A DNA stretch of 64,000 bases from Candidatus Latescibacterota bacterium (GTDB lineage Bacteria > Latescibacterota > UBA2968 > UBA8231), in NCBI GenBank assembly GCA_965248355.1, contig OZ252098.1, positions 4,736,001 to 4,800,000 of the forward strand, written 5' to 3'. Below, in pieces: positions 40,849-49,305 of the stretch. Made by a program: the position numbers and the translations under genes. Below the pieces are notes generated by a model, which had not been told where the DNA came from, did not search any database, and saw only the letters and a list, made by a program, of their open reading frames with translations. Each line of letters opens with the position of its first letter. The stretch's first letter is position 1.

Positions 40849-43329
40849 ATGACCAAGTACCTGAAGCCGGCAGGCGCCGGCCTCCTGGCCTTGCTCCTTG
40901 CTGCCGGGGCCGCGGGTGCGCAGGGCCCGGGGATCATGATGGCGGGCGACCTGTGGGAGACCTACCTGCCCACCAACGTGGCCAAGACCTACTACGAGGT
41001 GGAGACCGATCCCAACCAGCTCTACCACCTGTTCCGCGTGGGCAACCTCGACCGCCAGTGGACGACGCCCACACAGATGTACCCCGGGGGTGAGAACATC
41101 CATATCCCGTGGAAGCAGGATATGGAGATGATCGAGTACAGCCCGGGCATCAACAATTTCACCACCTCCTCCGACCCCCGCGCCAAGGACTACGTGTACG
41201 GCTTCCACACGCCGGCCCTCGGACCTGGGACGGCGGACGACGGCGCCCGCTGGGTGGACCCCGGCAACCGGCACCAGATGATCTACGAGGGCTCGACGCG
41301 GACCAACATCGGCGTGGACGTGAAGTACCGCATTCGCCAGTGGTCCCTCAATCACGCCAACATGAACGACTTCCTCATCCTCGAGCTGGAGTTGACCAAC
41401 ACGGGCGATTTCGATCCCGACGGCGACGGCAACCCCGAGCAGACGGGCCGCAGGATCGAGGCCCTGGTCCTCAACCTGCGCAACGAGCTGATCAACTCCA
41501 TGACCAACAGCCAGGCGGGGCGGCGCGGGGCCAGCGGCTGGTTCACCGGCCCGGTGAGCGGCTACGACGCCACCCTCGACCCCGACGGCAACCCCTGGGA
41601 CGTGCCGGTCACCTTCACCGGTCCGGCGCCCTCGCAGTTGACGGCGACCGGTCCCGACGGTGTGCCCTGGGCGCCCGACGGCAGCCGCGAGCTGGGCGGC
41701 ACCATGCGCAGCCGCCACTACTACTACGACATCCATACCGGGTCTCAGTGGATCGCGGTCAAGCAGGGCGCGCTCCCGGCGGACGGGTCCAGCTTCGATC
41801 AGCCGGACAAGAAGACGGTCTTCGACAGCCATCCCGTCGGCGCCGGGGCGGAGCGCGGCTGGTACACGTCGGTGAGCAAGGGGTACGGGAACAACGACCA
41901 CAACGCCTGGGAGAACCACGTCCTCTCCATGGGCACGTTCTACGAGAACGGGGGCCGGGTCTCCGACCGCACCGCCTTCGTCCTCAAGCCCGATCCCAAC
42001 TACTTCGACGCCAGCCATCCCGACATCGTGGAGGGCAACCCCCTGACCTTCGTGGCCGCGGTGAAGCCGGAGGGGGAGCGCGGACAGCCTCGCGGGGACA
42101 TGAAGTACAACGGCACCTTCGCCCAGAACTGGGAGAAGGGCAACGCCGGTTCCCTGCCCGACGGGAGCGACTCCGACTGGGACGCCGGGTACACCATCGC
42201 CCACGGCTTCGACGGCGACCACTTCGTCGGCGTCGGACCCTTCTCCCTGGAGGTGGGCGAGACCATCAGCATCACCATGGCGGAGTACGGCGGGTTCCGG
42301 CTGCAGGGCGCCCGGCGGGCGCGCTCGGCCGCCCAGTGGGCCTACGAGAACAACTGGGAGGTGCCGGCGCCGCCGCCCACCCCCGACATCAAGGTGGCGC
42401 CGAGCCGGCCCGACCCCGACCTCAACATCGAGGTCAAGTGGGACGACCGCGCCGAGTCGGCCGCTGACTTCGCCGGGTACAAGATCTACCGCTCCACGCC
42501 CTTCCCTCGGGTGGACACGCGTCAGTTGGGCATCCGCATGCTCGACCGCTATCAAGAGCAGACGGATCCCAACCCCAACGACGCCCAGTTGGCGGCCTTC
42601 GGGCGGGCCAACAACCCCAACATCAGCTCCGACGCCTACCGCGACCAGGAGCCCAACGCCTGGGGCCCCTACCGCCTGATCGCCAACATCCCCGCCGGCG
42701 ACCTGGGTTCCTACATGAACGACGGGGACGACAGCGGCAGTTACAAGTACAAGTTCACCGACGACAGCGACCTGGTGAGCTTCGGGTTCACCTACTACTA
42801 CTACGTGGCCGCCTACGATGACGAGCAGGGCGAGATCAACGGCTGGCCCTACACCTCCCTGGAGACCCACCGCAACAACGTCAACGGATCCTCCGGGGCG
42901 TGGGAGGGGACCTACTGGTGGACCACGGCCAACGCCTTCTACCCCGATCCCAACGACCTGAATTCCCTGAAGGACATCGGCGCGCCCTTCATCCTGAAGG
43001 CGCCCCTGGCCGATGCCGCGGATCTGGCTGCCGGCAATCTGGCCATCCGCGTGCTGCCGAATCCCTACAAGCGCCAGGCCCTGCACGACACGGGCGAAGA
43101 GCACAAGATCCTGTTCATCAACCTGCCCACGGGGACGAAGATCACCATTCTCGACGTCTCCGGGCAGGTGATCGATGTCCTTCGCTTCGACGGGACCAAC
43201 GAGTTCGACGGCACCCTGTTCTGGGACATGTTCTCCAAGGACGGCATCGAGGTTACCAGCGGTCTCTACATCTACGTGGCAGAATACCCCGGCGGCGCGC
43301 AGACCGGCCACTTCGCCATCCTGCAATGA
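40849..43329 (+). CDS. Large secreted unknown protein with FN3-like segment and T9SS-like C-terminal domain
   Basis: Signal peptide ending AAGA-Q; PPPTP..., DFAGYKIYRS, YYYYVAAYD; CTD IRVLPNPY...FINLP...ITILDVSG...WDMFS...SGLYIYV...GHFAILQ. Confidence 0.85.
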   Translation: MTKYLKPAGAGLLALLLAAGAAGAQGPGIMMAGDLWETYLPTNVAKTYYEVETDPNQLYHLFRVGNLDRQWTTPTQMYPGGENIHIPWKQDMEMIEYSPGINNFTTSSDPRAKDYVYGFHTPALGPGTADDGARWVDPGNRHQMIYEGSTRTNIGVDVKYRIRQWSLNHANMNDFLILELELTNTGDFDPDGDGNPEQTGRRIEALVLNLRNELINSMTNSQAGRRGASGWFTGPVSGYDATLDPDGNPWDVPVTFTGPAPSQLTATGPDGVPWAPDGSRELGGTMRSRHYYYDIHTGSQWIAVKQGALPADGSSFDQPDKKTVFDSHPVGAGAERGWYTSVSKGYGNNDHNAWENHVLSMGTFYENGGRVSDRTAFVLKPDPNYFDASHPDIVEGNPLTFVAAVKPEGERGQPRGDMKYNGTFAQNWEKGNAGSLPDGSDSDWDAGYTIAHGFDGDHFVGVGPFSLEVGETISITMAEYGGFRLQGARRARSAAQWAYENNWEVPAPPPTPDIKVAPSRPDPDLNIEVKWDDRAESAADFAGYKIYRSTPFPRVDTRQLGIRMLDRYQEQTDPNPNDAQLAAFGRANNPNISSDAYRDQEPNAWGPYRLIANIPAGDLGSYMNDGDDSGSYKYKFTDDSDLVSFGFTYYYYVAAYDDEQGEINGWPYTSLETHRNNVNGSSGAWEGTYWWTTANAFYPDPNDLNSLKDIGAPFILKAPLADAADLAAGNLAIRVLPNPYKRQALHDTGEEHKILFINLPTGTKITILDVSGQVIDVLRFDGTNEFDGTLFWDMFSKDGIEVTSGLYIYVAEYPGGAQTGHFAILQ

Positions 43330-43361
43330 CTCCACTGGGCAACGGAACGGAGGATCGGAAG

Positions 43362-44405
43362 ATGAAGCTTCACAGAAGCGCGGTGCTGTGGCTGGCCCTC
43401 GGCGCCCTCGTCTGGGCCGACTCGTCGGAGGCGGCCGTTCGCAAGTCGGGCATCACCGGCGGCGCCTTCCTGAAGATCGGCGTCGGCGCCCGGGCCGTGG
43501 CCCTGGGCTCGGCCTATACGACCGTGCCCGGCGACGCCACGCAGATGTTCTGGAACCCGGCGGGGATCACGCTGCCGAGGGGTCGCAGCCAGGTGACCTA
43601 CTCCTACAACCAGTGGATCGCCGATCTCACCCATCACGCCGTTGGCGTGACGCGGAGGTTCTCCGATCTGGGCACCTTCGGGATCGGTATGATCAACCTC
43701 TCCCTGGACGGCATCGACAACGGGGACGGCCTCGACCGCGACCGGGTCCCGGCCTTTCTGGACGAGAGCTACACGGGGTTCCGCGACTCGGGCTCGGGCT
43801 CCTACGACTACTCGGACATGGCCCTGCAGGTGACCTGGGCCCGTGACGTGACCGACCGCCTGGCCCTGGGCGCCACGGGCAAAATGGTGCAGCAGTCCAT
43901 CGACGGCGTCTCGGCGAGCGCCCTGGCCCTGGACTTCGGCGCCATCTATCACGTGGGCTTCCGCAATGCCCGGCTGGGAGCGCGCATCAACAACCTTGGC
44001 AGCGACCTGACCTTCTACAACATCGGCGCCCCACTTCCCCTGGCCTTCTCCGTGGGGGCCGCCATCGAGGTCTACGAGCAGCAGGGGGTGAAGGTGACGC
44101 TGCTCTCCGACGCCACCAAGCCCCAGGACGGCGAGCAGCTGCTCTTCAGCGCCGCCGAGGTCGAGGTCCTCGACTACCTGGCCCTCCGGGGCGGGTACAA
44201 GCTGAACTACTCCGGCGAGGAGGACAGCAAGGTCGACGAGGTCACCGGCGGCGGCTTCGACGCGCCCCGCACCGAGGAGGGGGCCAGCTTCGGGATGGGG
44301 GTCCACGTCCCGTGGGCGAATTACGACGTCACCGTCGACTACGCGTATACGCAGTTCGGAATCCTCGACAGCGTGCACCGCGTTTCGCTGCTGCTGGGAT
44401 TCTGA
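43362..44405 (+). CDS. PorV/PorQ-like (UPF0164) outer-membrane beta-barrel
   Basis: Signal peptide; FLKIGVGARAVALGSAY, FWNPAG, LALRGGY, DYAYTQFGILDSVHRVSL..GF. Confidence 0.88.
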   Translation: MKLHRSAVLWLALGALVWADSSEAAVRKSGITGGAFLKIGVGARAVALGSAYTTVPGDATQMFWNPAGITLPRGRSQVTYSYNQWIADLTHHAVGVTRRFSDLGTFGIGMINLSLDGIDNGDGLDRDRVPAFLDESYTGFRDSGSGSYDYSDMALQVTWARDVTDRLALGATGKMVQQSIDGVSASALALDFGAIYHVGFRNARLGARINNLGSDLTFYNIGAPLPLAFSVGAAIEVYEQQGVKVTLLSDATKPQDGEQLLFSAAEVEVLDYLALRGGYKLNYSGEEDSKVDEVTGGGFDAPRTEEGASFGMGVHVPWANYDVTVDYAYTQFGILDSVHRVSLLLGF

Positions 44406-44433
44406 CCTCCGCCGCAAGGCGAGACGGACCACT

Positions 44434-44474
44434 GCCGGAGGCCTCGGGGGCGACGTTCCCCCGGGGCCTCCGGC
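44434..44474. terminator. GC-rich hairpin between convergent genes (probable terminator)
   Basis: gccggaggcctcggggg-cgacgtt-cccccggggcctccggc followed by cgttt. Confidence 0.6.
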
Positions 44475-44478
44475 CGTT

Positions 44479-45729
44479 TCAGCCCCGCAGCTGCCGCACC
44501 GCCTCGATCACGCGGTCCACGTCCTCGGCCAGGCTGAAGATGTGGGGAGAGACGCGCACGGCCTCCAGCCCGCCTTCGTAGATCCCCCGGGAGCGGATGT
44601 GATGCTCGCGGGCCAACCGCGACTGCAGTTCCGCCCGCGGCATTCCCTCCAGCCGGAAGGAGACGATGGCGCTGTGCTCACCGGGCCGGAGGGGGGAGAG
44701 CACCTCGGCGCCGGCCTCCTGCAGTCCCGCGATCAGCCGCTGGCCGAGATCCTGGTCGCGTTGCCAGACGCGCTCCATCCCCAGGTCGAGGAGGAATCCC
44801 ATGGCCGCTCCCAGGCCGTGGAAGAGGGGGGTGCTCATGGTGCCGTACTCGTAGCGCTGCGCCGTGGGGTGGAAAGCGAACTCGCCGGTGGCCATGTCGA
44901 AGTCGCCCTCGTTGGACCAGGCTCCCACCCAGCGGGCCTGGATCGCGTCGAGGGCGTCCCGGGAAACGTAGATCAGCCCGGTCCCCTTGGGTCCGAGAAG
45001 CCACTTGTGTCCGCTCGTGGCGTAGGCGTGACAGCCGATGTCGTGCACGTCGAGCACGAGCTGACCCGCCGACTGGGCGCCGTCGATGAAGTACCACAGG
45101 CCGTGGTCCGCCGCGAGCCTCCCGATCTCCTTCACCGGCAGGACCTGCCCCGTCGTGGTGGTGACGTGGGAGATGGAGATCGCCCGCGTGCGGGGGGTGA
45201 TCAGCCGGGCGATGCGGTCCACGTTCTCGGCGGCCGATTCGACCGCCGGCTCGAAGACGCGCATGCGGATCCCGTCGCGGCGGGCGCGGGCGATCCACGA
45301 CATGGTGTTGCCCACGTGCTCGTGGGTGGAGGTGATCACCTCGTCGCCGTCGCCCAGGGGCAGGCCGTTGCAGACGATGTTGACGCCCTCGGTGGTGTTG
45401 CGGGTATAGGCCAGCTCCTCCGCATCGCAGCCGAAGAGACGGGCCCCCCGCTCCTTGATCCCCTGCCACACCTCCTGCGTGTGGCCGGTCTCCGAGGTCT
45501 CCTCCAGCTCCACCGTCTTGCGATGGACGGCGTCGATCACGGCCTGCGGTGAAGGACCCAGCCCGGCCGTGTTCAGGTAGATGCGCTGGCGGGTGAGGGG
45601 GAACTTCTGGCGCACCTGGGACCAGAAAGCCTCTTCGTCGCCGGGAACAGGGGACTCAGCCACGGCCGGGCGCAGGGAGGCGGCACCAAGCAGACCTGCC
45701 GTCTTCACGAGGAAACCTCTGCGTTGCAT
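44479..45729 (-). CDS. Tat-exported class V PLP-dependent enzyme (CefD/isopenicillin N epimerase-like)
   Basis: MQRRGFL Tat motif; YLNTAGLGPSP, RNTTEG, DGAQSAG, SGHKWLLGPKGTG, RVSPH. Confidence 0.85.
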   Translation of the reverse strand: MQRRGFLVKTAGLLGAASLRPAVAESPVPGDEEAFWSQVRQKFPLTRQRIYLNTAGLGPSPQAVIDAVHRKTVELEETSETGHTQEVWQGIKERGARLFGCDAEELAYTRNTTEGVNIVCNGLPLGDGDEVITSTHEHVGNTMSWIARARRDGIRMRVFEPAVESAAENVDRIARLITPRTRAISISHVTTTTGQVLPVKEIGRLAADHGLWYFIDGAQSAGQLVLDVHDIGCHAYATSGHKWLLGPKGTGLIYVSRDALDAIQARWVGAWSNEGDFDMATGEFAFHPTAQRYEYGTMSTPLFHGLGAAMGFLLDLGMERVWQRDQDLGQRLIAGLQEAGAEVLSPLRPGEHSAIVSFRLEGMPRAELQSRLAREHHIRSRGIYEGGLEAVRVSPHIFSLAEDVDRVIEAVRQLRG

Positions 45730-45754
45730 GTCCGACTCCGTGATCGGGGTAGGC

Positions 45755-45887
45755 GCGGAGAGGCCGTGAGCCCTGCAGGCCGGCGGCCTGCAGGCGCACC
45801 ACATGGACGCCGCCGGCCAGGAGGGCCGAGGTCGTCGCGGCCGCAGAGCAGACCGGCCGTCAAGAGAGTGATCCGCGGCATGTACAT
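45755..45887 (-). pseudogene. Collapsed remnant of a secreted CTD protein gene (signal peptide joined to CTD tail)
   Basis: GGGAG RBS, M(YM)PRITLLTAGLL, then after a frameshift AATTSA|LLAGGVHVVRLQAAGLQGSRPL, resembling the CTD ends in this window (LASGVYVYRL...TRKL). Confidence 0.45.
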
Positions 45888-45990
45888 CGCTCCCGTTGGG
45901 GGGTTTGACACTCGCGGGACCGGCCAGCAGCTTGTGCCGAACCTCCAACCGCCTTCCGTACCTCAGGAAACTAAGCTCCGCCGGCTCCGT

Positions 45991-46284
45991 ATGCGTCACC
46001 GGGACCCCGACCCCCCCGACCTCGATCCGACCTTCCGCTCCACGCGCCGGGAGGCGGCCGTCATCTTCGCCGCCTGGGTGGCGGCGCTGCTGTGGACGGT
46101 TCCCGTCTGCTACCTGGCCGGCTACGGCGAGGCGGCGCGGACGGCCACGGTGGCGGGCATACCGCAGTGGGTGTTGTGGGGCGTCGCCGTCCCCTGGGCG
46201 GCGGCCTCGCTCTTCGCCCTGTGGTTCAGCCTGCGGGTGATGGCCGACGACGACCTCGGCGAGGCGGAGGAGGAGCCGCCATGA
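45991..46284 (+). CDS. Small two-TM protein, DUF997/YhdT family (SSS symporter partner)
   Basis: RREAAVIFAAW...GIPQWVLWGVAVPW...MADDDL; overlaps symporter ATG (ATGA); TTGACA about 85 bp upstream. Confidence 0.8.
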   Translation: MRHRDPDPPDLDPTFRSTRREAAVIFAAWVAALLWTVPVCYLAGYGEAARTATVAGIPQWVLWGVAVPWAAASLFALWFSLRVMADDDLGEAEEEPP

Positions 46285-48161
46285 GCTCCGGCGGCGCCCT
46301 GACCGCCTTCCTCCTCTACGTGGCCGGGGTCCTGGTCCTGGCCGTGGTCTCCAACCGGCTGCTGCGGCAGCGCCGGTTCCTCAGCGAGTACTTCCTCGGC
46401 AGCCGCAGCCTGGGGATGTGGGCCTTCGCCCTCACCTTCGCCGCCACCTCGGCCTCGGGCGGCTCCTTCACCGGCTTCCCCTCCAAGATCTACACCCACG
46501 GCTGGGTGCTGGCCCTGTGGATCGGCAGCTACATGGTGGTGCCCATCTGCATGATGGGACTCCTCGGCAAGCGCCTGAACCAGGTGGCGCGCAAGTCCGG
46601 CGCCATCACCGTGCCCGACGTCTTCCGCGACCGCTTCGACTCCGCCGCCTTCGGCCTGCTGGCCACGGCGCTGCTCGTGTTCTTCATGTCCTTCAACCTG
46701 GTGGCGCAGTTCAAGGCCGGCAGCCTGATCCTGAAGACCCTGCTCGCCGAGGTGGGCGCCTTCCACGCCCTGGCGGCGGACCTCGGCGGCCGCCTCGGGC
46801 CGGGCGGCGTCGATCCCGAATACCTCCTCTGCCTGATGGCCTTCGGCGCCGTGGTCGTCCTCTACACGACCTACGGCGGCTTCCACGCCGTCGTCTGGAC
46901 GGACGTCATGCAGGGGGTGGTGATGGTGGCCGGCGTTGTCATCCTCCTGCCGCTGACCCTGCACCAGGTGGGCGGCCTCGAGCGGGCCACGGAACAGCTG
47001 GCGCGAATGACGCCGCCGCGGCTGGGGCCCGCGGACCTGGAGCGGGTGTCGGCGCCGGAAGGGGAGGCCCACGTGCCGGCCGGGAGCTGGGCCTGGCTCG
47101 ACGGCGACCCCGCCAGCGGTCGCCTGTTCCGCGTCTCCCGGGCCTCCAGCCTGCCGGCGGGGGAGCGCCGTCTGCAGGTGGAGGTGGTGGAGCTGACCAC
47201 GGAGGCCCAAGTCCGCCAGGTGGCCGCAAATCCGGCCACGGTGTGGATCGCGGAGTCCCTGCGGCTGCGGCAGCCTCAGACGAGGCCCTACGCCTACGGC
47301 GACGGGGTGCCCGGCACCTACGTGCGCGGCCCCGGCCCCAGCCCCGGCGATCGCGAGGGCTTCCTGCCCCTGAGCCTGGCCGTCTCCTTCTTCATCATGT
47401 GGGCCATCGCGGGCACGGGGCAACCGGGCAACTACGTCCGCCTCATGGCCTTCCGCGACGCCCGCACCCTGCGCCGGTCGATCGCCACCGTGACCATCTA
47501 CTACTCCCTCATCTACTTCCCGCTGGTGATCATCTTCTGCTGCGCCCGGGTGCTGCTGCCGGGGATGGAGGCCGAGTCCGACCGCATCATGCCCGCCCTG
47601 GTGATCTTCGTCACCGAGAACGCCGGCCTCGCCTGGCTCGGAGGCCTGCTGGTGGCGGCCCCCTTCGCCGCGGTCATGTCCACGGTGGACAGCTTCCTGC
47701 TGATGATTTCCTCGGCCCTGGTGCGGGACGTGTACCAGCGCAACCTGCGCCCCGGCGCCGGCGAGAGGCGCATCCGCGTACTCAGCTATGCCGTGACCCT
47801 GCTCGTCGGGGCCGCCGCCGTGGCCGGCGCCGTCGATCCGCCGCGCTTCCTGCAGGACCTCATCGTCTACACCGGCAGCGGCCTGGCGGCCTGCTTCCTC
47901 GGGCCCACGGTCTTCGCCCTCTACTGGCCGCGGGTCAACACCTTCGGCGCCATGACCGGCATGATCGCCGGCTTCGCCGTGCACCTCGCCATGTACGCGG
48001 CCGGCGCCTTCGTCAACGGCAGCTTCTTCCGCCCCGTGCGCCCCCTGGAGCTGGACCCGATCCTGGCCGGTCTCCTCGTCTCCTTCGCGGCCACCTGGAT
48101 CGCCACACGGCTGACGCCCCCGCCCCCGGCGGAGCTGGTGCGGCGCTACTTCCACCGCTGA
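46281..48161 (+). CDS. Sodium:solute symporter (PanF/PutP-like) with a ~100-aa extramembrane insertion
   Basis: EYFLGSRSLG, SGGSFTGFP, YTTYGGFHAVVWTDVMQG, AAVMSTVDS; GGAGGAGGAG RBS. Confidence 0.9.
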   Translation: MSSGGALTAFLLYVAGVLVLAVVSNRLLRQRRFLSEYFLGSRSLGMWAFALTFAATSASGGSFTGFPSKIYTHGWVLALWIGSYMVVPICMMGLLGKRLNQVARKSGAITVPDVFRDRFDSAAFGLLATALLVFFMSFNLVAQFKAGSLILKTLLAEVGAFHALAADLGGRLGPGGVDPEYLLCLMAFGAVVVLYTTYGGFHAVVWTDVMQGVVMVAGVVILLPLTLHQVGGLERATEQLARMTPPRLGPADLERVSAPEGEAHVPAGSWAWLDGDPASGRLFRVSRASSLPAGERRLQVEVVELTTEAQVRQVAANPATVWIAESLRLRQPQTRPYAYGDGVPGTYVRGPGPSPGDREGFLPLSLAVSFFIMWAIAGTGQPGNYVRLMAFRDARTLRRSIATVTIYYSLIYFPLVIIFCCARVLLPGMEAESDRIMPALVIFVTENAGLAWLGGLLVAAPFAAVMSTVDSFLLMISSALVRDVYQRNLRPGAGERRIRVLSYAVTLLVGAAAVAGAVDPPRFLQDLIVYTGSGLAACFLGPTVFALYWPRVNTFGAMTGMIAGFAVHLAMYAAGAFVNGSFFRPVRPLELDPILAGLLVSFAATWIATRLTPPPPAELVRRYFHR

Positions 48162-48171
48162 GGGAGGGACC

Positions 48172-48774
48172 GTGCGCGAGGGAGAGCCGGTGGTCGTCGT
48201 GTCGGGCCTGCCCCGGTCGGGGACCTCCATGGTCATGCAGATGCTGAGCGCCGGCGGCCTGACCTGCGCCACCGACGGGAGACGCGCCGCGGACGAGGAC
48301 AACCCCCGCGGCTACTTCGAGGTGGAGCGCGTCAAGCAGCTGCACAAGGAGGGGGACAAGACCTGGATGCGGGCCCACCAGGGGGAGGCGGTCAAGGTGA
48401 TCAGCTTCCTGTTGCGCCACCTGCCGGGCGACCTGCGCTACCGCGTTCTGTTGATCCACCGCGACCTGCAGGAGGTCCTCGCCTCGCAGCGCCGGATGCT
48501 CCTGCGCCGGGGGGAGGATCCCGGCGCCGTCCCCGAGCCGGAGATGGCCCGCACCTTCGCCGCCCACCTGCGCGAGGTCGAGGCCTTTCTGGAGCAGGCT
48601 GTCAACTCCGATACGCTTCAGCTCGACCACGGGCGGATCCTGGCCGACCCCGCGGCCGCCGCGCGCGCCATGGACGAGTTCCTCGGCGGCGGGTTCGACC
48701 AGGCGGCCATGGCCGCCGCCGTGGACGGCTCCCTGCACCGGAACCGGCGGCATTCAGCAGGCGAGGAGGCATGA
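48172..48774 (+). CDS. Sulfotransferase-domain protein
   Basis: 5'-PAPS loop VVSGLPRSGTS, DNPRGYFE, R...EVLASQ. Confidence 0.82.
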   Translation: MREGEPVVVVSGLPRSGTSMVMQMLSAGGLTCATDGRRAADEDNPRGYFEVERVKQLHKEGDKTWMRAHQGEAVKVISFLLRHLPGDLRYRVLLIHRDLQEVLASQRRMLLRRGEDPGAVPEPEMARTFAAHLREVEAFLEQAVNSDTLQLDHGRILADPAAAARAMDEFLGGGFDQAAMAAAVDGSLHRNRRHSAGEEA

Positions 48775-49241
48775 GCGATCACTTTCCAGCCATCAAGGAG
48801 TGGCTCGACAGCCGCTCCATCTCCTACCGGGTGGTGCACCACCCGCCGACCGCCACCTCGGAGGAGTCCGCCAGGGCCCGGGGCGAGGACATCTCGGTGG
48901 GCGGCAAGGCCCTGCTGCTCAAGGTGGACGACTCCTTCAAGCTCTTCGTGCTGAGCGCCGCCCTGAAGGTGGACGCCGGCCGGATCCGCAAGCACTTCGG
49001 CGCCCGCAAGCTGCGCTTCGCCACGCCGGAGGAGTTGAGGGAACTCACCGGCCTCGTCCCCGGCGCGGTGCCCCCCTTCGGCGAGCCGATCACGCCCTTG
49101 GAGCTCTACGTGGATTCCTCCGTCGCGAGGAACGACAGGATCGCCTTCAACGCCGGCTCGCTCACGGATTCGCTGATCATGTCCTCCCGGGACTACCTGG
49201 AGGCGGCGGCGCCGGCGGTGTTCGAGTTCTCGAAGGAGTAG
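48771..49241 (+). CDS. YbaK/ProX-family aminoacyl-tRNA editing protein
   Basis: HPPTATSEESA, KALLLK, LRFA..EEL..LTG..PGAVPPFG, FNAG. Confidence 0.9.
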   Translation: MSDHFPAIKEWLDSRSISYRVVHHPPTATSEESARARGEDISVGGKALLLKVDDSFKLFVLSAALKVDAGRIRKHFGARKLRFATPEELRELTGLVPGAVPPFGEPITPLELYVDSSVARNDRIAFNAGSLTDSLIMSSRDYLEAAAPAVFEFSKE

Positions 49242-49305
49242 GGGTCGAGTGGAGGAGGGGACGTATCTTCCGGCGGGAAGGAACACGTCACGACAAGGAA
49301 GCAAC

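Noticed and set aside
44479..45729. Cysteine desulfurase (sufS/iscS)
   Set aside because: No catalytic Cys loop and it carries a Tat signal.
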